From assembly GCA_051362555.1 (NCBI GenBank), contig CM120649.1:11842001-11906000 (forward strand): DNA of 64,000 nt. Reading direction: 5' to 3'. This stretch comes from Lingula anatina. Lineage: Eukaryota > Animalia > Brachiopoda. The position numbers and the translations under genes are program-made. Shown here in pieces: positions 12,606 through 26,965 of the stretch. The notes under the pieces are model-generated. The model was not told where the DNA came from. It did no database searches and saw only the letters and a list, made by a program, of their open reading frames with translations. How positions within the stretch are numbered: position 1 is the first letter of the stretch; each line of letters starts with the position of its first letter.

Positions 12606-15600
12606 AATTAAAAGTTGAATATGACAGCTGCAATACTGAAGATAGCAAAAATTATAAAAAATTCTAAAAAAATTCTAAAAAAGATATCTTACTTGAAATC
12701 CTTTTTGAACCCTTGTATAATCCCTATTATGTGTTTTTGTTGCTTAAAAAGTTCGCTCTCTGTTCTCTGAACATCCTGTAAGAAAAAAATGTCACAATTT
12801 ATCACCAAAAAAAAAATTGGATGTCAAAACAGCAGAATTATGATGCACAACCATTGCACATCTACCACAATTATGAACACTGTATAATCATTATGTTAAT
12901 AAAAGTATAAAACATCTTCGATTAAGTTACCTTTTGTAATGTAAATAAAAGTCTTTTCAATTCTTCAGTTTCCTGTTCTGCCTCTGAAATTGTATGAAAT
13001 TCCATTAAATAATTTACAAACACTACATGTAGTAATAACAAGAAGAAGAAAAAAGAAAACTGGGACATGCTCAAGGTACTAGTATGTGTTAAACATGCTC
13101 TTCTCAAAACCTTCATAGGTCCATAATTATGATCAAGTGCCTCTGTTATTACTAGTCATTTAATACTAAACAGATAAAATTGTTTAAAAAACAGGCTAAA
13201 CTTTGGCTGGTTATCTATCAATCAATATCAATTTTAACAGTATATTATTTTGCCATAATTAGTCCAATTATAGATAGAAATTACAAGATTTCAGAGACTC
13301 CCTTTTTCACCGTCATCTAGCTCAGGGGGGGATCCAGGATTTTTTGAAGGGGGGTCCATGGGTGCGAAGCCGACACCCTACTGCCCCCCCCTCTCCCTTG
13401 GCGTGGAGTTTGTGGCCCAGTGAAGGGCTCTGAAAAATTTTGGTATTTAAGTGGGCCAACAGTACCATTGGGTATGCTATAGAACTATGTCACTTTCAGC
13501 TAGTCAATATTGTAATTTCAAGAGGGGACCATTGGTGTGATATTTTTCAGAAAACGAAGGGCAGGTCATGGACCCCTCTGACACTTCGCCACTGTAGCTG
13601 ATGATGCAGCTTCAATTTAACCCTCTTTTAAAGACAAACATTTACCATCTCCACCAGACGCTTTCTTCTTGTCTTCTGCCATTTTATATTTCTTAAACTC
13701 TGCATCTGCATTCTGCAAGTAAAATATGTCTTCTTTTAGAAAGGTTTTATAACATTCAGGGATGAGACGGGAATTCAGTGAAAAAAGTCAATATATGGTG
13801 TGGGGTCCTGGGGGCTGCCTAGGCCAATGCTATTTTTGGCTTCTAAAATGTTTGAAATCCACTGATAGTTGGAAAAATCTCATCCCTGAGCAACTGATTG
13901 CCTTAATAAGATTGTCTTGAAAAGAGTGCTAAATATTTTGCAGCATACAAATGTATATAATAAATGAAAATGATACATCAGTGAACATATTTTTAAACAT
14001 TCAATTCTTATTGTTTTATTACTTTCATTATAATTTTACATCCATGGTAAGTACATGTACATGTATTTCTTTTCAGGCTTATTTCAAAATTATTCATTAT
14101 GAATTAACTATCAAATTGAGTGTGATACAGTAATTTAATACCTGGAGCTGTCTCAGCAATGAAGAATTTTCTCGTTTTAGTTCAATCATCTCTGTCTCCA
14201 GCTTCTTTTCTCTAAATAAGTATGAAACAAATACTGACTTAATATGAACTCATTTGAAAAAATAAAGAATCTAAAACAAACAGCATCATGCATCTATAAC
14301 TTTTTTTTAAGTTTCTCATCTGCAAATACATGATTGAATGATTTAAATGCATTAAAATAACTAAATTGCAGGGTTATCATTACTTTCTTTCTTCTTTTTT
14401 TTTTTTTTTTTGAAAAATCCAAAGTTTTATCAATTTTTAAAATGCTTGAAATCTAATAAAAATTTTTTTTCGTTTGCTTTACTATCCTCAAAAATTGATA
14501 AACTATTTTTATTATTCTTATTTAAATATCCCAGTTTTGAAGCCAGGCCCTGTAAATTACTGCAATTATGGGAAAAACTAGCAATACCCACCTTTCTGAG
14601 ACTTTTTCTAAAAGTCTTCCCTTCTCTTTCTGCCATAATTGGACATTTCCAGCTCTCTGCAACCTGTACATATGTTAAAATGGGACATTTTACAACAAAT
14701 TTATATCCCTGCATTTTCAGCACTATGTTTCTATCAAAAAACAATGAAAGTGAATTCAATTTATAAAGTTTCACATTTACAAATAATATTGTCTTACTCT
14801 TGTACATCTGTTGTCTTTTTCTTCACCACTTCTTCCAGGTGTTCGTATTTTTTCTGTAGAGCTTTGAGTTCTATGACATCTTGGCTGTGCTTCCATTTTG
14901 TGTCTCTGATTTCTGCCTCAACTTCTGCATTTTTTTCTGAAAAAAGTGAGTTAATTATTCTCCATTATAACCCTGAAAATTCTCAGTATAAAAGAAACCT
15001 GGGCAATTAATAACAACATCAGGATCAGGGAGTATTCATATCTATGGTATATAGTTCATGCCCACACATGCCATGTACATGTTTGTCAAGCATTGATATT
15101 GTGCACCATTTTTTAAGCTAAAACCTATGACATGCTTTGAAAAGTTAACTTTTCCATAAAAGATGCTTAAACAGTCAGTATCATTCATCTTAAAAGATCA
15201 AAATGATGGCACTGCAGAATTACAATCACACCTTCCTTGCTCACACTGATGTAAAAAATAACCCTCTCAGTGCTGCAACTCGGAGGTGTCTGGTAAACAT
15301 AGGCACTGGGAGACACCTTAATCACCTACTATGTAATCTCCCTATTTGCCATACCCACAAAATTTTACTGTGCAAGATCTAACCATTTAACAGGGGCAGA
15401 TTGAGGCCGTCTTCTGGGTCTTCAGGAAGATGGTCAGATATTCAAGTTTACACTGATGGGTATCTATTTTTTCTGTCAAAGACAGTCAAAAATGGAGGAT
15501 GGATCAACAAAGATAGTTTGGAAGACTGTCATAAAATAGCTCTGGATCCACCCCTGGTTTAAAACAAAATACCTAATAACTTTCTGATTTCCATCTTGAG

Positions 15601-16134
15601 CTCTTTCTCTCTGTTCAGCTCCTCTTCAACCTTTTCATGCACTGCCTCCCGACAGAACTCTACCTGCTGGATAAAATCTAGAAACATCTTGCCAGGGTCA
15701 TGAGTCTCCTCTTTTGTAAAGTTGCCATGGTGATAGCCTATGTACTCTTCTCTGAGGAATTTGGTACGGATACTGGACCAGTGATCCTCATGCTGTAGTA
15801 AGAAAAAATTGGTATATACAGTTGGTATATAAAATAAATAAATTAATTAATTAATAATCATTAGTATTAATTAATTAATTAATTAGATGAGTTAACTCTT
15901 ATACAAAGCAAGAGAGAGAAAGAGAGAGAGAGAGGAAGTGAGAGATGGATGGTGGGGGGAGGGGAGAGTACTCACTACGTCATGCAGTTTATCCATAAGG
16001 AACTGATGTGGCTCACTTGTAGCTTTGATATCTGTCTGAGCCATCTCCATGATCTCTCCCAGCACCACAAACAGGCTGTCAATACCATCCTTCAACTCCT
16101 GCAGGTTGACCCTGTCAAATATCACACCTGCCAT
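6997..16134 (-). CDS. Uncharacterised coiled-coil protein with a C-terminal EF-hand pair and CaaX box (512 aa, 14 coding exons)
   Basis: Exons 16134-15976, 15792-15573, 14936-14798, 14211-14142, 13712-13646, 12983-12931, 12775-12693, 12325-12148, 11562-11516, 11017-10789, 10445-10377, 8034-7978, 7439-7349, 7073-6997; all GT-AG and phase-consistent (1539 nt). E/K-rich heptad region; EF loops DTSGDGELDITE and DLDQTNTIDFYE; ends SKTCSIQ*. Confidence 0.85.
8410..10262 (-). mobile_element. Non-autonomous Helentron/Helitron2-associated element (HINE-like), copy 1, with five 146-bp internal repeats
   Basis: Same ends and body as 33213-37112: aactagag..gaggcgataccgcctc hairpin, tgtac(t/c)accagc subterminal motif, 146-bp units (aggtcaaaggtcaatttcaaggtcac.. 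at 8946, 9092, 9239, 9385), 9-bp GCCGGCGGA-type repeats near 10175-10220. Lies in an intron of the EF-hand/CaaX gene. Confidence 0.8.
11936..12114. mobile_element. Foldback MITE with ~58-bp inverted arms and GATC target-site duplication
   Basis: Left arm ttcaactctgtgggggactctcgctgagtacagtcaactaaactgaatgacacgcctc is the near reverse complement of gaggcatgtcattcagttaagttgactgcactcagcaagaatccctgcagagttgga; gatc flanks at 11932-11935 and 12115-12118. Confidence 0.7.
12548..12603. repeat. (AAT)n microsatellite
   Basis: Perfect AAT run. Other microsatellites: (AAAT)n ~1765-1818 and ~19647-19706, (CA)n ~22320-22354, (GA)n ~28778-28807. Confidence 0.95.
13323..13594 (+). mobile_element. Dispersed CAG(G/T)GGCGGATCC-type MITE, family A
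   Basis: Starts cagggggggatccagg, ends cgccactg; the internal block (ttcagc.agtcaa.att.taattt..agaggggacc) recurs at ~5290-5444 (+) and ~48690-48951 (-). Confidence 0.65.
15391..15556 (+). mobile_element. ~167-bp MITE, family B (CAGGGGC(G/A)GAT...ATCC(G/A)CCCCTG)
   Basis: Closely similar copy at 56049-56216; terminal inverted repeats; the 56049 copy is flanked by an aaaat direct repeat. Confidence 0.75.
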
Positions 16135-19100
16135 TTTGTTTTGCCTCTGGAAATAATGATCAAATCTTTATATATATATTTTCTATGCATTATCATAAAA
16201 ATCTTTTTTTTTTTTTTCAATGATTAGAAAATTTATTTTGGCCAAGAGATTTTTATAAACCAGATAACTAAAGAATTACTTTGGAAAGAATACAACTTAC
16301 ATGTACATACATGAGTCTACGGTTCTGTTTGCATTACACTGTTAAGAAATAGACTGTATTCATGTTATATAATGGGAGAGATTTAGCATTGTGTCTCATT
16401 TAAAATGTCTCTTCATATAAACATTAAAGGATTTGCTTCATACCGTCAGAATGGCCTCAATGGAACATATTCTTCAGAAAACATGCCCAACTAACGATAT
16501 CTTTATCCAAATACACAAATTAAAAGCTCATTTTGTAAATTTTTGGCTTTAAAAAACGTCCTATTTGCTCGGCCTGGGAGTTAATGAGCTACGTGGTCAC
16601 GTGGTCCGATGACGACAATCGAGCCACTGGAGAACAGAGCGTGCTTAGCTGTCAAACTGAGCTGCATTGTCTACCTGTAAGATGACTTCTCTGGCTTCTG
16701 ATAAAAGTTAATACTCATTCAAATCTCTTACCCGAGGGATCTAAATCCTCATGAAGCTGTGTAAAACCATTCCCGTCTAGTCAATTCTTTAACGAGCGTT
16801 TAATTATGGTTATCCCAAGTTGTATAAAACACTGCATTTGAATGAGTAAAGGGTACTGTGGATTATTGCATATGAGGACCATGTTATTTGTGAAATTCAA
16901 TTAATTTTATTAAACCGCTGACACTCCGTCTTGGATACTTTTCTTAAACTGAGGTAAACGATGCCCGTTACCTTTACAAGTCCCATCTTAATCATCCATC
17001 TAACTGGAACTTCCTTTACCTCTTAATTAGAGGGTTAAATGGCTGGCGATATTTATCTCAGGTAAAAATCTACCTGTGCTTTAGTTTCAAAGAGCAGCTC
17101 CCTCGGACCTGGGGGTACTAGATAAAATCTGAACACCGGGTTTATTGAGGAGCTAGAGAAACAAAGGAAGAATTTTTCCTGCACAGCTTCATAGGAATTT
17201 TAGCATGGACTTGATCCAGCTTAGACCTTCTAATTAACAGGGTGACATGGGCAATTTTCAAATACAAAATAAACAAATAATAAAACTATATTTCAGTTAG
17301 CCTCCTCTTAAATAAATATACCGTTCTGGATAAATTAGAACATTTATTAAATCGACAGAAAATTTTTGACTTAAATGATGATTTTATTATTAATGGAAAT
17401 TAAGCTACTATATGGTGCACATTTGCTGAGATTACGCTGTTCTTGATGTTTTGCGTTAGTCTACATTTTGCTGTGCGTGCTTGGAATTTTTTTATTTTTT
17501 ATACTCACGTATGTAAAACTGCACATTTAGTAAACATTCAAGTAATGATTTTTCCCATGCTACTTATAGCAAACAATGCTCTTTTACCTTGATCTGCTAC
17601 ATGTTTTTGGGTTTGACAAAGCATACAAATTTGCAAAAAGTTTTGTGTACAGACGCAGGACTTGTATTTCAAGGTATAAAATGATAAATCTTTTAAATTA
17701 TTTTATACTTCAGATGAAATAACATTCAGAAACAAATCCTCAAAGCATAAACGAATTAGGATTACGAACCATTTTAGTACATAAGTTCCTATTTTTTTCT
17801 TTAATATACCGCTCTTTTTTTCTGTTTGTTCTTCAACACGTTTTCTTCCACGGAAGTAATGCCTGGGCATACGCATGCTTCAAGTTACCCTGAGAGCAAT
17901 TACTTTTATTAATGTTCGCGACGGTGTTTGAACTCAATTGTTTTAATATTGATATTAAACGTCATTTACAAATACCAATAAAATCACCCCATGAAATAAA
18001 TGAGATATTTTGAAAAATATGAAAGCCCACCAAGATGATTTTGATACCTGTTTTTACCTGGGTTGGGAAGTGCAGCGGTGCATAATTAACAGGTTTGTTG
18101 TAAACGAGCTTTTGGTCAACTACAATGCATTTAAAATGCATCAGCAATCAGTAAGTTTGCCAACTGATGACAGTTAATCTGAAAGACTACCAGCTCTTGA
18201 TATGATCTAAACCACCTGAGGTGACCATGATCTAGAGCATCGCAACTATTGTCACCGAAGTTAGTAAGTCACGGAAGACCGTCACAGACAAAGAAAGATT
18301 GTCAAAGAGAACTGCATTTTTGGTGAATCCCACGGCAACACACCGAGGCATAACGAAAATTCCTCAACTCCGTTCAACACAACTTTCCTTAACTTCTCCG
18401 TCTGTACAGTATGCACCATGCAGCTCAGTTGAGTCTCATAGACCTTTATCGTGATTGTCGTCACAGTACCACGTGACCTAGATCTGTTGCTTCGTTTATG
18501 CATATTGAGGTGAGGTTTACTAAAACGCTTTTTGTCTACTAATAGATTGTTTTTATAATTTTTAAATGACGGGAATCGATTAAAACATAACTGTAGTGTA
18601 AAGATTAAGTGCTGGATCTTCAGAATTCGAGAAATGGATTTTTATATGATTATTGTCCTTTAACCTACCATATTTTATAAGTTAAAGTTTAGGTCTGTAC
18701 TGTAAACAGTTATTGTTTCTCCAGCTACATTAAACTGTTACTTCATATACATACAGATTCGTATCATGAATTTTGATAAGAAATGTATATGTATAAAAAC
18801 AGAAAAGATGCCAATAAAGTGAAAGGTGAGCATTGTGACTGGGTGTGACATATCATCTCAACTAACACAATCTATATTCTAGAAACTAATGATTGATGAG
18901 TATTGCTAATAAAAAAATGACACAATGGAAAAATATACTAGAATATCATTCTACAGGTGTATTATCTAAACTCGGTATATATAACCTTTGTGAAAAGCTT
19001 GGGCTTGCATTGCCTTTTGCAGCCTTTGTGATGATTTCTGAAAACTCACTTTATTTTTCATCGTTGTCTCCTTGTTACATGTAATCATTCAAAACTTATA

Positions 19101-19652
19101 ATCAGTTAATGACCAGTTATTTAATCTTAATATATATCAAAAATTTAATCAAATGTTATTACTTATTCAGTGCACTGCTCTATCTCAAATATATTGTTCT
19201 ATACCTATTCTACGGTTCATATTATGTTAGTCTAGCTAGTGGTATAAGTGGAAATAAAGAATGATACATAAATAAAAATAAGCTATGTGCATATCAAAGT
19301 GCCAGCTTGCAAAAAGGTCTAAAGAAGCCAAACCAGCTAAAGCAGCTAAATTTACTAATGTCTACTTACAAATAAATTAATCACTTAATTACCTAGAAAA
19401 AAACTTAGCAAAGCAAGCAGCACTGGTTCACTGAAAAATCAAACCAAACACATTGAGCTGAAAAGTAGAGTGGTCAATAACACCAAATTAATTTTATTAT
19501 CTTTTTAAATAGCAAACAAGCATTATGCAAAAGCTTGAAAACTCAAAAAAATATGATTACCATATACCAGTATTTACATCAAGAGAAATTAATATTAATC
19601 ATGTCACAAATAATGACTGATCTTACATAACAGGCAACCAAAGCAGCAAAAA

Positions 19653-19707
<55 letters not shown>

Positions 19708-22318
19708 GTAAAGCCTTTTGTTAATGTTTGCAAAACATTTTCTTTATAAAATTAAATATTGTTAATATTAATAATGCAGATAAGCTGGTAAAATTATCCA
19801 GTTGTCAGTTGTAAATATTTAATAAGGCATTGCTTATACAATCTGTATGGCTTTTGTATACAATTGAGTACTCACCCGAGTAGGTCTGGAACTGCTAGTA
19901 CTTGGGGCCATGCTGTGGTTAATGTGCTGAGTTACAAATCCCGATCCCTGTTTTCTATCTGCTTGTCCTGGTGGTGCTGTCATGGCCATCTGAACTTGCT
20001 AGTTGTTAAATTTTTCAGTAAACATCTGGAAGAAGTAAATATATTCAGAACCAGTAAGTTAACTCCTACTGATATTTCAATGTCAAAAGCTATGTTACAA
20101 CAAGCTGTTAAAGGGCTCGCTACAAATGTATCAGCACCTGTTACAGCTGCACGACAAATCCTGACTGTGAAAATTGTATGAACAATGATTAATGATAAAG
20201 TCATTCTTGAACAGTTTCTTACAACAACGCATCTTGATATGGTGGAAAAAGCTCTTTAAAAGCAACTTGATTGCCATCTGGAAATATAATCCCCACCCAG
20301 TTACGACATTCAGCTTGATTTAATGGATGGCATTTAACTTTCTCTTTTTTCTTTGTGATCTATATCAACTGACATTACTCTATCAACACAGCTGCATTGA
20401 GACTAGTAATATCTTAGACTGAGAATTGGTCCAACTTTTGTTTTCCGATGAACAAACTGTAACAAGTCAGATTCTCAATTAAACCTGTAATTTCAGGTCA
20501 ATGATGATGTGAATTTAAGACCCAAATTTCCTGTATTAAATCACTCTGTCTGAACACTCTGTGAACACATTTATAAAAAAAAAACACTTTAAAAACATCA
20601 TCTTTATGGACTTTGACATTTAACTGCAGAACTTTAATGGAATTCAACAGCCAGATTTTACTGGAGAGGGAGGAGAAGAGTCCTAGCTGTGTCCATGAAT
20701 TGCATTCAAGTATGAGAAAGAGAGTTTGAAGGGTAATGGCATTATAACTTCAGTAATGACTGGATGTTTTCAATTGGGAAAATTGTGAAATTTGCATATA
20801 GTGTATTTTTTGAAGTCATAAATTATTCAAATAACAACAATACTATTAAGTTGTAGCAACAAAATTGAAAGGCACTCTACCAAATCGTTCAGTTCTATAT
20901 AGTAAAAGTACCAATACTGCTATAAAGAGTATGTTTTTTAATGATTCCAAAGTTATGTATAGGAAAGATTGATTTTTCCCCAATTGAAAAGATGGAGCCA
21001 TTACCCTGTAACAGATTTAATAAATAAAGAAAATCTCACCTTCAACATGTAGCATATAGAAAATGTGTGACAGAATCCTTCCTTTGACTTCCAAAACCCA
21101 GTCAATTCTTTATTGCTGTAAAAAGGACCCTAGAAGTACAAGATATCAGTATAGATCTTAAAATTTTTTAACATTGCTATCACGCAAGTAACACATGAAA
21201 ACAAACGTAACCTCAATGAGCTGCTCTACGCACACACCTGTTTCTGTACATAGTAAAGCCCGTCATTGGTTTAATATCATGTAACTACTTATCACTTGTA
21301 ATGCTGCATAATATGCACCCCGGGCGGTTTCCAAGGCAGTTTTGAAAGTTTGGGGGGGGGGGGGGGGATCAAACCCTCACTGAGTGGGATTTCAAATACT
21401 AAAGATGCTTTTTTGTGAGAAAAAATATTAAAATATTACCAATGGAAGGCTGATATCTTAAGCTTTATGGGACTGCATGAGAAACTACAGGAAGAGATCA
21501 GATTCGGTAGCACTAACAGTTACTGAGGTGGTTTCAAAATCAAACACCCCTCAAGATCATCTTGTCTATGTCCCTGGTTACAAATGAATAAATAAAGCTC
21601 AAGACCTTTCAGCAATGGTAGCGTCTTAACCTAAATGTCTTTATCACATCGTATCATGTTGTTGACTGGATATATGAGATAATTTGCTGCATAAAAACTG
21701 TCTTCATCTGTAAAAGTCAAGTAAAATAGGGCAATTAAATATTGACTTGAAACGAGAGGTGTCTTTCTACTCAAGTTTTTTCTTCTTTTTTTTCTGAGTC
21801 AATTTACGTGTGAAAAATGTTTTTATCAGAACTTTAAAAAATATTGCAGTTTTAATACTGTCAGAAAATAATTTGTTATAAGAAAACTTGTTAAAACAAA
21901 AAGTTTCCATCTATTTGCACCGACACTAACCTCTTCACAAGTTACCTCTAACTTGACACGATGAAGATAGGCTATAGTGAAGAGGTTAGTGTCAAGTTAT
22001 CTCTGAAGCTCAGGGTGTCTATTTGGCACTTTCTACATCATTTTTCCTTCAGGCCAAAATACGTTTTGCAATCCCTGTATGTTCTAAGAGTAAGGTTCAA
22101 AAATATTTGCTCACTTTATGAAATGAAATATCAATGTTTTTGTCTCTTGTTCACCTAAAAACATACCCAAAATGACCTCTTCTCCTTTCTGAGTTTTTGT
22201 AACAATAGCTTTACAATGGCTACTCAATGCATACATGTACAACAGTTATATGTATAAGAGCAGAGCCCACGACTTACAGCCCTTTCCTTTTTTCAACAAA
22301 AACCAAAATTTTCCGCAA

Positions 22319-22359
<41 letters not shown>

Positions 22360-25300
22360 CATTCGACTCAAATCCCCCAGTATTGCCAAATTTAGTTCAC
22401 AGACTGTTTACTCTGTCTGTCCCTTTCTCTTTCAGAAATCATGAGAGTCCAAAGTCAACTTATAGCCTATAATAAGCTACATATAATTCACACTCACACT
22501 ATATGACTGCGGTGATATTATATATTTTCTATCAAAGTAGCAATTGAATATATTGCAAATTTTAATAATGTAAAAAAAAAGAACTTTATGAAGAGTTACA
22601 ATTCTTTTGAAAAAATGAAAAAAAATTATCTACAAAATGATCATTGACAATTACAAGTAAACTGTGTATATGTGTTTTCTCAAACTGCTTGTATTTGATG
22701 CTAAATCATATGTAATTATGATTTTCAAACCCATTTTAAAAAGACAGAAAGAAAATGAAAATAATTAGGAGTCTACCCTAATGGTACAAATCAGATTTCT
22801 AAGAAGTCGAGACATAAACCCACAATGTACATGTATGCACAGCAAGAAAAAAGATTTCTTAGCCTTTAAATCTCTAATCACTTTACAATAACATACCCCC
22901 CTTTACTTTATCCAATATATAAACTTCTTTGAATTTCAATGCTAACAATCCGTGATAAATGAACATCATCCTCACACTATAAAAACCACATTAAAAAATC
23001 CTCAATGCCCCAACTTACATGTATATCAAAGAAAAAATTCATAACCTTCTCCTAGAACTGATCCCTCCTCCCAAACACTCAAATTCCTGTTTAGACGTTA
23101 CATGTGTCAAGTTTCCGTCTAGGTGGTATTTCATTTATTTATAACATGTGCCATGAAAGTCAAAATCACCAAGTAAAATAGTAAATGAATGGAACATTGG
23201 CACTGCTTGTTATTTTAGGAGTTGAACTGCAAATATCTTGGCATTTATACTCAGGCTTGTTCAATTCCTTATTGCAATATATATACATATATATATATAG
23301 TGAATTTATATCTACAGGTAGTCTTAGAAAATTAAGTATAACTAACAAGAATTAAAAAATCATTTTGAATCTAATTACATTTCTTAAAAATCTAGGAACA
23401 CCCTCATCTTTACCTCACATCAAAATGCCCCCCCCCCCCCTCAAGCATTCATGGCTAAGTGTGGACACATTTGTATTATAATTTACATGGAAGCCTTATT
23501 TATTTATAAGAAAGGGGTTTAGGCACTGTTAAGAATCACTTAGCTTTAAAAAAAACCTTTCATTACTCAAGCAAAAAGTCCAGTATGCTGTACGTATTAC
23601 AACCCCTAGCAGTGTTGAAATTATCATCTTCCTGAGATTGTGACAAAACTTATTCACATTATCAAATTTTCAGAACTGATAACTCACAAAATTAAAATAA
23701 AATTCAAACTTAAACATTACAAAACTATATCCATTTAAAACTACAAGTGTCACTTACCTTTATGAGAGAAAATCAGTTGATATATTTTACTCCGGTGATC
23801 CGTCTGCCTCGTGTGTCGATATGGGGTAACCAGTTCTATTCCACTCTACTGACCACAGCTACAAGTGCACTACTGCCACCTTTTCTTCATTTGTCCATAT
23901 CCCAGTTACCATAGCAACCAGCATTGTCGTCTGCTGAAAGGAAACATAAACCAAACATGCTGTGAATAGCAATTACACATATAATATTTGTATACAAATC
24001 GCCAGGGTTTATTATTGCTGTTATGAAAGAGAGTCGTTAAAGCATGAAACGGAGTCATACTTTTCAATTACATGCAGCTAGGGATATGCTTGCGTGGTCA
24101 GCTTGAAAGAGACACACTTCTATTCACATGCCTTTCACAAATGTCACAATTCAAGAATAACATTCAAGAAGAAAAAGCATTTAATTCTTAAAACAGTCAC
24201 TTGTTACATTTCTCTCCAGTGGAGAAGTGACGTCCAACATGAAAAACTCATTATTCATAAATTTAATAGGTGCTGCTCCTTTCCTGACAATAATAATTTG
24301 CATAATATTTTATGGTAACTGAATCAGCTTTAGATCAATCTTTAAATTCACAAAACTGGGTAAATTGTGATACCATTAAATTTGATCTGCTATCTAGGGA
24401 TTAAATCATCCCCTAAATATGTTTTTCACTACGAAACTCTTTGTATTTGGTCAGTGATCAATTATAAACAGGTGTAGAAATATTTCTGCTGTTGACAGGA
24501 AAGCTGAATTAACAAAACATTTATAAAATACTTACCAATGTGAAACTCATCAGCCGAGTGGCACATGCCCCCCTCTTCAGTTTCAGAGGACCCCTTCCCC
24601 ACCCTCAAACAAAAAAAAGTACAACTCGTAATCAAAACAAGACAAAACCAGGCGTTTTTATCAACATGCCCTACATAATTGTAAAATTGTTTTCTTCCAA
24701 AAATGTTATATTTTTGTATATCATTGTGACCTCCCTCCCACCTACCAAAATCTTAGATCTGTCAGTGATTATTCATACGTACATAATTCAAGCCACATGA
24801 CATTGAAACCAATGTCTATAAACAGAAATGTCTTTTCAAAATAAAGTATCACTAAATATTCCAAACTTAAGATACATTTCTCTGCATTTCTTAATATTCT
24901 CAATTTCATAATTTCAGAATCCTATTAAAATTTAAAACATTCATTAACACAGCACAATCTGCAGCATGAATACGTATATAGGCAAAGAAGAAAGCATTTT
25001 GTTTAGGTAAAATATTATTCTTCAATTAAATAAACTGCCCACTGGTCAGCAAATCAGGCATAGAATGAAAACCAAATGAGATCAAATGTCTGGGAGTCAA
25101 ATAACTGTACAGGACGGGTCCATCAAAAATAAATATTATTATTGTAAATACACATCCATGCTCAGCATGCAAAACCCACAGGTGTATAAGAAGTCTGTTT
25201 CAGTAGTTTTTATTAAGATCTCAAACAAAACATGGAACTTTTATAACTTATCACAACCTTTTAGTAGACTAAGGAAATAAATAAGCAGATAATACAAAAT

Positions 25301-26965
25301 CTGTACAAATTTGGCATTGGACCACACATTAAATCTTCAAATTGATAAATCTCGGCATCTGTCAGATTTTAATTTACAATCTCAGAATTCTGTGACTCCA
25401 TAAAGAAAGTCCCCACTTGTTATAAGAATACCTCTTAGAATCAGGTAGGCACAAGGATACATGTTGGTACATTTAGAGTGAGGTTTCAGTCCAAATAATC
25501 ATGAAAATACATAGCTATATTAAGCCAAAAATTACTGTTCAACATTTTTTCACATGCCTACGCAAATAATCTCTGTTAGCCTTTCAGTTATGCATTTCAG
25601 TTTGTATGAGACCCTTCAAATTTCAGTAGAACTACAAAGTTATAAGTACTACTGTAACAGTAGCCTGGGGCAAAGAAATATCCCGTAGTCAGAGTGACTG
25701 TCATGGTCAATTGGTCATTTTCTCGGTCCATTGACCACTACTCTACCGCATTTGCCACGTTTTAATTCACCGTGTAATGTATCATGAACAAGTTATTTTA
25801 AAATATAGGTATTACTTAACTTGTAGCTGTCTTTGTGGTAAAGCCAGATAGTTTTAAATATTAGTTTAGGCAGGCAAGGTACGTGACTGCATAAGAAACC
25901 ACTGGCCCAAGGCAGTGATTTAACAGGTCAGAAGAAAATGAATATTACACAACCAAATGGTATGTAATATGTAGCCCAACTGTGACTTTACATTATTCTT
26001 CAATTAAAAGAAAGTTTTTTTCTTTTTTTTTTTCTTTTGGATCTGGTGTAAATGCAAACAATTAAAAACTTTGTTTCTGTTTTCTTTCTGGTAACACATC
26101 AAAGACCAGTGGTTTAGTGTTTTTAGCACAGTGCTCTAGAGATTGTTAACCTTAAGCATGGTGAAGACACTTATGAAAATAAAAGTATTTCTAATGTGTT
26201 TGTGTATTACAAAAATAAGAAAATTAATAAACAATGTCTAATTTCAAAAAGTGTGGCAATGACAATAAATGTGATTTTAAAATTCCTAATTATAAATTTA
26301 TAATAATGATAATTTTACAATTATAGACATAATAAAACACTGACACAATCATATGTAAATTTCAAAATAATTTATGCAACAGTTGTAAATATTCTTTCAG
26401 CATAAAGGGATACAATATAGCATATGGAATAATAAAAATATGAGAAAGACCACCAGTTCAAATCACAAAATTGGTAAAATATACCAACTTGTCTTAATAA
26501 ATAAATTTCAATTCGATTTTGAAGCAATCTTTTTAAATAAATAATTTTACAATATTGTCTAGTCGGACCCGGGCTGCCACACAAGCTATCCTCTACATAA
26601 TGATTGACAGTGGAAAAATATAAATGATTCAAAAACACATGTTACTGTCATTACAAGGAAAAATGCAAGGTATATCATATACTACATCATGGACCGAAAT
26701 TCATGCAACAACACTTACTCAAATGTGTCATATACAGTACTGGCCACAGTTAATTTCCCAGCTATCAGAAAAATACAAAACATAATATACTGAAGCTCAT
26801 GCTATAAATCACTTACAAACCCATTTGTCTTTTACATATTTTATCATAATCACTATTATTTGTCATGTTTTATTGCTTTATTGATTCCCATAAAGAATTT
26901 CCATTGGGAAAAATCATTTACCTTAATCTGTAACAACAAAATTCAAATTTACTGAGGGTAAAAAA

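Noticed and set aside
1586-16134. Two adjacent EF-hand genes as one gene or a functional cluster
   Set aside because: Each has its own start and stop; one is secreted and the other predicted cytosolic and prenylated; no similarity beyond generic EF loops.
16424-17410. Possible Kolobok-like element beginning TTAAAGG
   Set aside because: No matching right terminus or second copy found.
20500-20555. C/D-box snoRNA-like ATGATGA..CTGA
   Set aside because: Too short, no terminal stem or recognisable guide, and opposite to the inferred transcription.
21921-21993. 17-bp inverted repeat (gacactaacctcttcac / gtgaagaggttagtgtc)
   Set aside because: Real but short; most likely a MITE remnant with no evidence of function.
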